From positions 32,005-96,004 of the forward strand of contig MU271297.1 of NCBI GenBank assembly GCA_021432655.1: DNA of 64,000 bases, written 5' to 3'. Position numbers and translations under genes: made by a program. Source of the DNA: Atractiella rhizophila (Eukaryota). Positions within the stretch are counted from its first letter, which is position 1. The number at the start of each line of letters is the position of its first letter. The notes beneath the pieces were generated by a model. It was not told the DNA's origin, did no database searches, and was given only the letters and a program-made list of their open reading frames with translations. Below are positions 10,960-22,597 of the stretch, one piece after another.

Positions 10960-13900
10960 ATGGTCGCAGATTCAGAAGCTCGTGTAGGAAATCCAAGTCC
11001 AGAGCTCCCTAAGCTCCCTATCCCGCCACTCGCAGACACTTTGGCGAGGTACCTCGCTTCTCTCAAGGCATTGCAAAGCCATAAGGAACACGAGAGAACG
11101 AAGAGGGTGGTGAGGGAGTTTGAGGTCGGGGGGGAGGGGGAGAGGTGTCAGAGGATGTTGGAGGAGTATGCCAAGGATAGGGATAGCTGTTCGCCTCTCT
11201 TCACCTCTTCATCCATTTCTTTAGGATTCATTTTGTAATCGAAGTCAGTTGACTAATGGATGTTTGTTGACAGTTGTAGAAGAATTCTGGGACGAATCCT
11301 ACCTTTCAGGCTCAGATCCAGTCGTGCTCAACCTCAACCCTTTCTTCCTTCTCGAGTCAGTCCATCCAACCCATTTACATTGCCCTGAGAACGAGCTAAT
11401 CAAACCAACCTGAAAAAGGGATGACCCAACTCCAGCGCGTGGAAACCAGCTCATGCGAGCGACATCTCTCATTCTCGCTTCCTTAGGCTTTGTGCATGAT
11501 CTTAGGACCGGGGTGTTGCCCAAAGACCAGTTTCGAGGCGTTCCATTGGACATGGTTGGTCTTTCTTGTAATTCGTAAGAGTGAATAACTGATGCGATTG
11601 ATGGATTAGTATCAATATTCAAGGATGTTTGGGACTGTACGAATCCCCACCGAGTCGGTTTTCCCCTCTTTCAACGAAAGAAAATGACCGTGCCAATGTA
11701 GGACTGGCTGTCGAACGGAGATTGACCCGCTCTCCCGTCACATCGTAGTTATGTCCCGCGGCCAATTCTACTGGTTCGAAGCCCTGGACCACTCTCACCG
11801 TCCTCTCCTGACCGAACATTCCTTGCACTCTATACTGAGCGCGATAGTGACGGATTCGGCCAAATTGCCCGCGAACGAGGTTGCAAGAAGCTCGTTTGGG
11901 GTGTTGACAACCGAGAATAGAAAGGTTTGGGCTGGGTTGAGGAGGGGAATTCTGGATGGAGATTGGAAGGAGGGCGGGCAGGGAAGTAACAAGGAGAATT
12001 TGGAGATTGTTGATAAGGCTTTGTTCGTCGTTTGCCTTGATCATGAGGACTTTGAGGGCAGCGAGGGAGGTGGTATGGAGAAGATGTGCGAGACTCTGCT
12101 CTGTGGAACTTCCAGAGTCGTCAATGGTTCGTTGCTTTATTCTGTTTCTGGACATCTGCTGATGGGAGCTGAGGATAGGTGTGCAAGTCGGGACGTGCAC
12201 CAATAGATATTACGACAAGGTACTTTCTACGTCCACTCTTCGCCAAGATGAGGAATGACGAACGGATAACAGCTACAAATAATAGTAGCAAAGAACGGAG
12301 CGGCAGGTATAAACTTCGAACATTCCCTAGTAGATGGACACACGTTCGTATACTTTGCCCTCTTTCTTTCATCTTCTATATCCCAATCGACTTATACGTG
12401 CCATAGCGTCCTGAGGTTCGTGGGCGACGTATACACTGATCTCATCCTCCGCTTCGCCAAATCCATCAATCCATCTTCTTCCACGCTCTTCCAAGCTAAA
12501 CTCTCCCCATATTCTCCGCATGGACCGGGGAAGAAGCGACCAACATCTCCAACCGGCGCCGCAGGCGGTAGTGGGGGAGAGGAGGGAGATGAAGCAGACT
12601 ACGACACGACGCCAAAGAAATTGGAGTGGAATCTCACCCCTCAATTGAGGTTGGGAATCAGGTTTGCTGAGAGTAGGATCAGCGATTTGATCTGTCAGAA
12701 TGAGGTGAAGGCGTTGGAGTTTGGGGGATACGGGAAGAACTTTATCACGAGTCGGTGCTTTCTCTTTTCCCGTAAACTGAGATGTTGATGTGGTCGTGGT
12801 CTCCACTTTCCCTGTCATGTAGGACATGGATTCTCTCCTGACGCATTCGTACAAATGGCTTTCCAAGCAGCTTACTTCTTGCTTTATGGGAGAACCGAGT
12901 GTACCTACGAGCCTGCAATGGTGAAGACCTTCAAGCACGGGAGGACGGAAGCCATCCGTACCGTCCGCCCAGAAAGCGTGGATTTCGTCGCCGTCTGTCT
13001 CCTTTCTCGGCTTCAAGTGTGAAGTGTGAAGCTGACGGTTGGTGGGCAGACGTATACTTCCGATGAGAGTCCCAGGAAGAAGATCGAGGCTTTGAGGAAG
13101 GCGTGTAAGGTCCACACGGAGCTGACAAAGCAGTGTTCGAAGGGATTGGGACAAGATAGGATCTTGTTTGTCTTCCTGCACCTCTGTATCCTGCTGCTCC
13201 ATGTAGCCCTTCCGTAAGTTGAGCCTGATGGACTGGACACAGGTATGCGATGTACTGCCTCGCGAACAAAGCCCTCTCCAGTACAGCTAGTAAGGGGAAG
13301 AATGGAATCGGAAAGAATGGAGACAGTGGATATGAATCTGACGATTCGGATGAAGTGGAAATGTCAACGACTATGCAGTTGCCTGCCATCTTTCGCGATC
13401 CCGGTTATGCGACCCTCAACCATTCGACCCTCAGCACGAGCAACTGCGGCAACCCTGCCCTGAGACTCTTTGGCTTCGGACCGGTCGTGGCGGATGGATT
13501 TGGGATGGGATATATTATAAAGGTTCGTCATGTACCCTCTCCTGCTTCATATGGAAGAGGAGTTGATTTCCATCGCCACCGCGTGGTAGGACGAAAGCAT
13601 CTCCGTTTGTGCGAGCAGCAAGCACTTGCAGACTCAACGATTCCTCGACACCCTGCAAGCCTACCTTCTCGACGTACAGAAGCTCATCATCCAACTTTTC
13701 AAAGATGCAAACGTCCGACGATCCGAGACATTCGTCGACCACCAGCTGGGAATAGTAGACTCCAGAACGGGAAAACCATTAAAGAGTAACCTGTCGAGAG
13801 AAGATCAAGAGGAGCAAGTCTATGGCGGATATGGCTTTTTCGATTCAGGAGAAGTGCAAAGCGAGACAGCGATGAGGGAGAGAGCACTGAGGAGACAGAA

Positions 13901-14007
13901 GAGTGCTGTCGGTGCGTCCGGTTTCCTTCGCTCTTTTCTTGAAGCGTTGTTTAGTGATGCGCATGTCTTACGGGATAGGAACGAGATTGACGTTGCACGA
14001 CTACTAA
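10960..14007 (+). CDS. YAT1: Carnitine O-acetyltransferase (Yat1/FacC-like)
   Basis: LPKLPIPPLADTLARYL, NRYYDKLQIIV..NG.AGINFEHSLVDGH, SPDAFVQMAFQ, LSTSNCGNPALRLFGFGPVVADGFG; 12 traced introns. Confidence 0.9.
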
Positions 14008-14062
14008 AGGCATTATTGAAGAGAAGATTGTATTTCTACAAACAATGGATCAAGATGTCAAA

Positions 14063-15786
14063 TTATTGGAGCTTCTGCCTATTTTGTTCTGTTGGAATAT
14101 CCTGTTCAGCAGTAACAGCAGTTGTAGGTTTTGTTATGATATTATGTTGTACCCCAATGCCGAAAAGAAGGGAAATATGTGAAATCAGGAGAACTAAAGA
14201 ACTGGTCGTTGTGGAGGGAAAGACGTTCCAAGCGTACTCAATGGCTGCACAGATAGTCAACCTATCCCAAGAAGAGCAGATCAGCCAAGGTGATCTACGG
14301 GAGAAGTAAGGTGATGCAAACCGAATGGCCCATCCGAGCGATTCATTTACAATCTGATTGTTCGAGAAAGTAGGAAATCGGAGGAGAGAGGTGAGAAAGA
14401 GGACCTGGTGAGCATACCAGCTGTAGAACTGGTAGTGCAACGAGCGGGCGAATACAATGCCTATGAGATTGGATGTAAAGATGATTGATGCTTTGTCTGC
14501 ACCACCCATGAAGGACATCAACACACCTGCTAGTGAATCACCTAAGAATAAACGAACCTCGAGCGGTTAGTGTTTTCATCGCTACCGGACTACCAGGTCG
14601 TCTCATTGCTCGCCGAAGAACCGAGAAAATCCCCCCGTGAGCTGCGAGCCACTTGAAGTGCGCGAAATAGCACAATGTGGTGAGGTGTCCAACGAGTAAA
14701 GCGGTTGCGAAGCGTCGATCGAGGAAGATGTGTTCTGGGAGGAAACGCCAGTTGACTGTCCACTTGTATAGGAATATGCGAGAGAATTGAAAGGCGTTTG
14801 TTAGGTATGAGCGGGGGTGGGTGGTTAGGAATGGGAGACCAATCACGAACTGAAAAGGAAATAGAGGTGAGTGTGAAACCTGTGAGGAACAAGTAAATAC
14901 CAACTTGAAAGGCACCCATTAAGATGGCATGATTCAGTGCTGGAAGGAGACCTAACGACAGTAGGAGGACAAGGCCGTATCCTGGGAGCAGAAGGAGAAT
15001 ATTCATCTTTATCGATAGCGCCAAACTGGGAACGCATCAGCTTTCCCTCAGCTGTCCATATTTACGAAAGTGGGATAGGAAGCTCACCTGAACAGCGAAC
15101 TGGACAGACTCCACATGCCGTCCATGCAAGCCAAAACAGAACCATAGAGGAAGAACATAGCCACGGGATCGTTGAAGAGGCGGAGGACGTAGATCGAGTG
15201 TAGGCGTTTCGACAAAGATAGGAGAGGGAATGTCCATGGTGGTACCTATTGAATAGGTTCAGATCCATGCTACGACATTGTAGGTAAGAAGGAGGAGCAG
15301 CATACCTTACACCTTCTCAGAATCGCATGCACGACGAGCAAATTGGCGACATAGAGTCCCCCAAACACGATCTGTCCAGTTCGTATTGATTTTCCTCCGT
15401 CTGTCAGACTGAAGAGTTCGGAATAAATGCGTAGAAAACCAGCTGGATACCTATCTATCGAAGTGTCTGAGCTTCAGTCTATTTGTGGGCAAAAGACGTA
15501 CACTAGTGGACCTGTATCACCCTTGATTTGACTGTAGTCCCTTTCCCCAGCTAGAAATAGAGCGACCTGTTGCATGTATGTTGACCAATCGATCTCTGTG
15601 TCTGGCGGAGCATAAAACAAAAGAAGATGTAAGCAAAGAGAATCTGTTCGTTAAAAGGAGCGTACAAGGTACGTATCGGATTATAATGCCGTTGAGGAGC
15701 ACTTCGAAAAGTCCAAGAAATATGGACCATGCAACCGCGTAGTCGGACGGGAATCGTAGAACGAAATGGAATAATTTTGATGGCAT
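14063..15786 (-). CDS. ALG3: Dol-P-Man:Man5GlcNAc2-PP-Dol alpha-1,3-mannosyltransferase
   Basis: [13 protein letters not shown]...[59 protein letters not shown]. Confidence 0.95.
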
Positions 15787-16155
15787 GATGCTGAAACTGG
15801 TAGCTTCACTTTCTCCTTTACAGCAAAGTCAGAAAGCTAGAATTGGCAGAAATGGACTGAACTCACGAGCTTTGGTCTGCTCTGCAGTCGCCATTATATC
15901 CTGCTGGCTTTCAAGCTCAACTCTGCTAATAGACTTTTAAGCCAGCTCCGAGTGTTTGAGCTTTGAGCTTGACGAAGCAAGGACGAAGTGAAGGGAAACA
16001 GAGTGAAAGCAGGTACACGCTACGTCACCAAGCCAAATAGAACCAATTCGCTGCTGCTTGTCTAGCCCGACGACCACTTTTCACATTGCTTCTGCAAACC
16101 ACCAAACGAGCGTGTCCATCAGAGAAAGGAGCTCATACAAGTACTACGCACCGCT

Positions 16156-19100
16156 ATGCAGTTCATGGTCCCCCCGACAGCGGCGGGGTACAACGTCATG
16201 GATATTTCCAAGAACTTTCTGGGACTGTCCGTCTTCCTCTCTACTTGAACGTGTATCCGACCAGTTTTGGTGTAACAGGAGCAGCAACGATCCCAAGCTA
16301 CACTTCAAAACGGTTATCCTCCCCTCATTGGCATCGGAGCACCAACCCTCGTCGAAAGAGGCTTTCTACAAGTCCTTCTCCGCCCATTACCACCTCAGCT
16401 CCCCCTCCGACGCCGCGCTCCTCATTTCAAAAGAGGTCGTCTGGCTGGCACTTGAGAAGCATCCTGAGAATGTGCATACGCTCATCCATCATTTGGTGGG
16501 GCGGATAATCGAGCGAATGGAGGAGGGTGAAGCAGAGGAGAACGCAACAGACTCACCAGGGGTTAAGAAGGCGGAAGAGAGTGGGGGTTATGGATTTGGG
16601 AAGGCTTTTGGGTTTGGATGGAACGCGGTGCGTGAAATTGCTACGGGGTCCTCTGGGGTGGTAGCTGGGGAAGAAGAGAAGGAAGGGAACAAAGAAATTA
16701 TGGCTTGTGTCCGGTGTCTCAGTCGTCTCGTCCCCATCATCTATGAATATGATGCGGCTGTCAATAAAAGGAAGAGGACAAGCGCGAGTACGCCTGGAGT
16801 GGAAAAGGAAGAGGGAGAAGAGGAGGGGACGATTGAGGAGGAGGTGTTCTGGACGCTTCGTCCTGTTCCCAAGTCCAAGGAAGGGGGCAAGGCTGGAGAG
16901 AAGGGAAGGGATGTTGGCGGGATCGGATTGAAGTCAGGAAGTGGAGGGGAGGGAGAAGAAGTCATGCTGCACACCCCGTCAACCGAACCTAGCCAGTTCA
17001 TTATTGACGACGACGATGATGACGAGGCTACTTCGCCAACGACCCCTACGCCGGCACCACCACCGATAACGATTCAAACGTCTTCCCCTCTCCCTCCTCC
17101 TACCTCCTTAGCCGGACCTTCTGGCGAAACAGAAGAAGATTACGATTTTCTCCCGCCACTCGGGTCCGTCCTCCCCCCTCTCCTCCTCGACCTCCTCTTC
17201 CTTCCCACCCTCGCAACACCACATTCTTCAACCAGCACTTCATATCCCAACTACACGATCTGGGAACCAGGTCTAGGTTCCTCTTCTCCACCACCCTCCT
17301 CAAGTGACGGAAAGCTGGAACGAATGCAAGCGAACAGAGTCGAAATCATGCATCTTCTCCTCCTCCTGCTATCCAAAACGCTATACCAGCCAGAAGAGCC
17401 AAACATGTGGATCGAAGCCTTATATCGCGGCATAAGGAAGAAGGCCACCCTAGCTCTCCTCTGTTCCTTACTCAATACATCCATCAGGTCCCTCTCCATA
17501 GGATCTGGAACAACACCAGCTCCCGGAACAGGTGGTGCGAGGAGGCACGAACGTCAGTCTAGCGGCGTGTTACAGATGGTCGGTGGTTTAGCGGAGAGGG
17601 TAAGAGGGAGCGTGGACAAGCGGCAGGAACTCGGGAGAACTGCTCTCCTGCTCCTCGGCGTACTGATTACCGAGATGGGAGCGGAGACGGAGGGAGAAGA
17701 AGTCATGTTGGGCGACAATCTGTCGCTGGCCGGAGGATTGGAGAGAGGAGGATGGAGTCGGAGCAGCATGAATTTGTCCAGATTGAGTCTGGATAGTACT
17801 CGACCGTCAGAGAGCAGGGGAGAACTGGCCTCTCCCACAAATGGGGTGGAGAATGGAGTGGGAGCTCAAAATGGAGGAGGTGCAAAAGTATCTGCGAACC
17901 CGTTCTTATACTACCTCTCGAAACTGCACAGGTCGAAAGACTTCACCTTCCTCCTATCTGGCCTCTTTTCAATCCTACACTCATGTCTCCAACAATCTGT
18001 TCCCACCATCCTCAACGCGAATCCAACCGGTGGATCTCAAGGCATGATCGTGAAAGGTGAAGCCCTCCTCGTGCTTTGGAAGCTCGTAACCGGAAATAAA
18101 CGGTTCGAGACCTTCTTGTTGGAGAGCGGAAACAGGAGTATGGAACTTGCAGTGTATCTTATCTACTTCGCGCTAGAGGCGAAGGACGATGTCGGTACGT
18201 CCTCAACTTAACATCTTTCCTTTCTCCATCAGGAAGAACCGGTTTGACTGGACTGAAGGGGTATTGTAGCACAATTTGGGCTGGTCAGATTGTCGATTTT
18301 CTTCCTCCAGACTCTATCCGCCGAACGAGCATTTGGTTCGAGGTTGAATACGAGATTGAACGAACTAAAACTCGTCAATGGCACTCATATAAAGGGGAAA
18401 TGGGCCACAAGTGTCAGCGGCGGAACGGTAGCGGACTTCCTCATCGTCGTGCGTGCTCATTCCACCAGATCTATGTTCTGCCTGAGTACTATGTGGACTA
18501 CAGAGCGTTTACAACCTCATGTTTTCAACCAAATCCCGCCTTTCGTCTCTCTACCCAGCCTTGTCGATCATTTTGTCCAACACGAGCCCGTTTTGGAAAA
18601 ACCTCTCCGTCACATCCTCCACTCGACTAATTCAGATATTCCTCGCGTTTTCGAATCCTGCCTTCATTCTGCAAGAGGAGGGCAATCCAAGACTGGTCTA
18701 TTATACCCTTGAGGCGTTCAATAATATCATCCAGTTCGCTTTGAACGGTTCGTCCCTTATCATGTAGCAAAACTCCGTAATCGGGCTGACGGCGAGATTG
18801 TCAGATAACCCACACGTCATATATTCAATCCTCCGCTCACACAGACGCTTCGAGGATCTCGGCAACTTTACCCTCGCACGGGCAGCGAGCGATATTCACA
18901 AGCAAAGAGCGGAACAAAAAGCTGGTCATCGACGTCGACAGACCCTCGCGTCGCTTGATACCATCATGGACAAGCCATCGTCGGAAGCTGGGGAGAAGGA
19001 CCCGTCTAGCACACCTCCCAATGACAACGAAAAGGCTCAGCTTCCTTCTGTCCCTGGGACACCTACCACCGGAATGGGAACACTGAAGGGTCCTGTGGAT

Positions 19101-19877
19101 GAGAAGCTGGAGAAGGCAGTGGAGGAGACCCTGAATATGGATTTTGGTTCAGCCTTGGTGGACGAACCGATGAGTGAGAAGAAGAGAGGGAAAATGAGAG
19201 AAATCATCCCCGAGGAGGAGGAAGGAGAGGAAAAGGATGGGAATGGGAACGGGAGGAGAGAAACCAGCACGAGGTGGGAGGGAAAGAATGGCTTTGTTGC
19301 TACGGAGGACTGGGTTCGTCTTCCTCTTTTGCTTTCTCCATTGTTCAAAGGTCTGATGGTGTTGGTGCAATAGGTCGCAAGTTGGAGAGAAGGTCTACCC
19401 CTTGACTCTATACTCATTATGATTTCCGAGCTATACCCCAAAGTCTCGTCCCTCTCCACCGTTTCCTCTCCCGCATCAACACAGGCTGTCCTCGACTTTC
19501 TACGCACTGCCGACCTCTCCGGCATCCTGCCACAACCATCCCAGCCCTTCCGTCCACGTCCCTTCCTCCCAACACCACAAAGTGAGATCTGGTCAACATC
19601 TCTTGTCTGGGGATGGATCTACGTCTCTGTCGACTACTTCAGGAACACGATACCAAATCTTTTCACTGTCGAAGTCCAGCCCCAAAAAGCCGGAGCGATA
19701 GGGGAGGGCTTTACGGCGGTCGCGAGTGCAGGGAAAGGCTTGTTTGAGAGGGTTGTGGGGCAGGCGAATGCTCAACAGACCCAAACGCAGAGCAATCCTA
19801 CCACGCCGAGACAGAACAACAGAAATCTTTCGGAGCCTGTGATGATGACAGCCAGGAGGCAGTCAGCCGTTGTCTGA
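16156..19877 (+). CDS. HID1/Ecm30 (dymeclin-like) family protein
   Basis: NPFLYYLSKLHRSKDF, FFLQTLSAERAFG, LLQIFLAFSNP-like segment, NPH.IYSILRSH.RFEDL, F.ATEDWV.SW..GLPL; start could be 16198. Confidence 0.8.
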
Positions 19878-20159
19878 TGATGGACCTGATGCTATCTTGG
19901 TGGACGCTTAGGCGCAACTCTTGCTTCATTTCATGTACCTTTATCACACTTAGCTTTGTCAAAATAATGCACAACTTCACTAAAGCTTCGAACGATAAAC
20001 TGGTGCACAAGATGGACATTATAAGTTGAGAGTGATAGACTACAGTTGCAAGAATTATTGGTGATTTAAATTAGTCAGACTGACTTGATTCAGACAGGGT
20101 AATCCATATACAGTATCCAAGATATGGTCTCGATCCAGACATCTTCAATCGACGAACAA

Positions 20160-22362
20160 TCAGGAGACGGGCACCACTTGGCCCTGCGCATCCTTCACAA
20201 TAACCTGCCAAGAAATCAGCAACAATCAAGCAAACAAAGCAGAGGCTCACCAAGTCGCAATCCACCTTCTCTCCCGTGTCCATAAAAATGATTTCAGTTT
20301 CGTCCAACGGGCTAATCTTCACACCCCGCTTTTCCATAAAGCTCCTTCCAAGAATGATGGGGAAATAAGCCGATTCCACAAGCTGTACCTGCAGCGAGAT
20401 CGACTTCTCACCAATCTGTTTCACAACCGCAATGAGCACACTTGTTGACTGATTCTGAGTGAAAGGAACGCACCCTGATTGGCCAGGAACCGAGATTGGT
20501 GATACCGCTGAAACCGTAGAATCCGGGAGCGGCATCGTGTGGGATAAAGTCGTGATCTTGAGCGAAGGCTCTCGACATGTAGACGTGACGGTGTCCGGGT
20601 TTAATCATCATCCTGACATTGTCAACGTCTCCAATCGAACCGATCACGGTCCGGACAGCGTTCTATTGAGCAACAACATCAGCGTCTTCATCGTCAGGAA
20701 GTGAAAGTGGCCTCACTTGATTGTGAAAGTTGGCAAAAGCTATCTTGTGCTCAGGCACATAATCCGCCGGGATCTGACTAGCCTTGCTCTTCTTCGACAT
20801 TCCACTTCTACCGCTCTTTCCCGACTTGATACTCCGATCGTCTCGGATGGAAGTGCCTCCGGTGAGACTGGAAGCGATGACATGTAACGTCGTCTGCTTG
20901 CTGTTAGTGTGGGCGATCGAAGGCGGACGAGAAGCGACAGAGGTCGTATCGACGGTAGGTTGCATTTGGCGGACGCTTGGCGGAGCTGGGGAAGTTGGAG
21001 CGGTGGGTAGGTAGGGAGATGTGAGCAACATGGACACTTCACGTAAGTGCGGTCCTTGAGGCGGTTGAACGCGGTAGAGGAAGATATCGTAGTCGTCATC
21101 TGGGAGTAAGTCAGTACCGAAATCGTGAAGAAAAGTGTCCGAAACAGATTTAAATATCAGATGGGAAATACTGGCGCGTTCCTCCAGTTGGAGAGAGATT
21201 AAGGGGAACCACGCTGTTCCTCCTTCAACATAAAATAGAACCGCTTCTTCTCCATATTCTTTCCATATCCTAATTACAGGTAGCCTCAAATGGCTTGCTA
21301 GAGCAAGAGCCGAAGGTCTGAACACTTCATGCCACAGAACCGTCGTTGATGCCTCTCAACCCCATTCTCTCCTCAGTAGACCTCCCTATGAACGCTCTCC
21401 ACCGACCTTGTTCTCCCCAAACACCAATGAAGTGGTGCTTATGCTACCACCACGTGCTCTCGGTTCAAGGCATCATTCACACAAAACAGATCTATAAGGC
21501 TCAAGAGCCGACTGATACTTATTGAGCGACACACAAGCCCATCTCTCTTGTCCAACTCCAACGGAGGTAAGAAGGAACTGCACAAGAAGGGAACAAATAC
21601 TGTTCATTGCCAAACTACTTTCAACTGCCCCTTCCACTCCGCAATGCGAGAAGAATAAAGATCCATTCAACATCACAAACAAATTGTGTCTTTGTCGCAT
21701 ATGCCCAGCGTGCAAATTAGCAGCTGACGGGAAACAATCAATAGATGGAATACCAATTCGCGAAGCGAAATGTCCTCGTTCACTTGTCTCGTCCTCATCT
21801 TCTCAGCCGCTTCCCTTCCGACTTCCGAGACGTGAGGTCGCGCCACTTTTGGTCCCGACACCAGACAACGTCACTCCACGCTTTCGCTCCTCTCCATCCT
21901 TCCTCTCTTCCCATCTCTCCTTCTTCCAGCAATGTACAAATAAATTATGAGTCTGTGAGGAAGGAAAGCAACTCAAAACAAGCAGAATCTCGGTTCACAC
22001 CTCACATTGGAACAGAAGCAGAAGCCTAGTAAAAGAGAAACGCACCATCTTCGAGCTGGTAATAACTCCCACACCAGGCATATTGTAACACGACCGCGCC
22101 GTCTTCTCCCACCTGTTCTTTCGGCACATTCACCTTCTTTGCGCATCTCGCCTTGAGTGCGGGTAGGGACTCCGATGCTGTATTACGCGACCAAACCAAC
22201 ACATCCGACGCATGCAAGGCATCCAGAAAAGGATGTCAGTAAGAATGTAATTCAAGATGAAATGCATGAGAGAGAAAGACCGGGAGAAGGGGACTAACGA
22301 CGGAGTTTGAGAGCGAGAGAGGGTCCGGATGGGAGGGAGATGGAGAGGATGGTCGTTGGCAT
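20160..22362 (-). CDS. Uncharacterised protein: N-terminal UBL/PB1-like domain plus C-terminal retropepsin-like domain
   Basis: Six exons splice in frame: MPTTILSISLPSGPSLALKLR|PSESLPALKARCAKK...YQLED|DDDYDIFLYR...NAVRTVIGSIGDVDNVRMMIKPG...IILGRSFMEKR...VVPVS*. Includes a 946-nt intron at 21100-22045. Confidence 0.7.
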
Positions 22363-22597
22363 TTGGGGTTGTGTATGAGGAATAGGAATCGACGTTGCGA
22401 CGGATTTGGTTGTTTGTTTTGGTCGGCAGTCGGAAGGAGGAGTGAGTGGCTGTATTTGTTAACCCATAACACAAGATGAAGCCCCCGAGGTGAACTCGGA
22501 GATAGCCCCTGAGTGATCAAAGCAGGAGAAGAGAAAGTTTAAGGGAGCCCCTATTGGATTGCGCTGGATCTCACGCCGCGAATATTCGCCAGTCTTC

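Noticed and set aside
12369..13202. Long antisense ORFs (this 277-aa one; also 47732-48403 and 62821-63453)
   Set aside because: Shadows of real genes on the opposite strand with no independent motifs.
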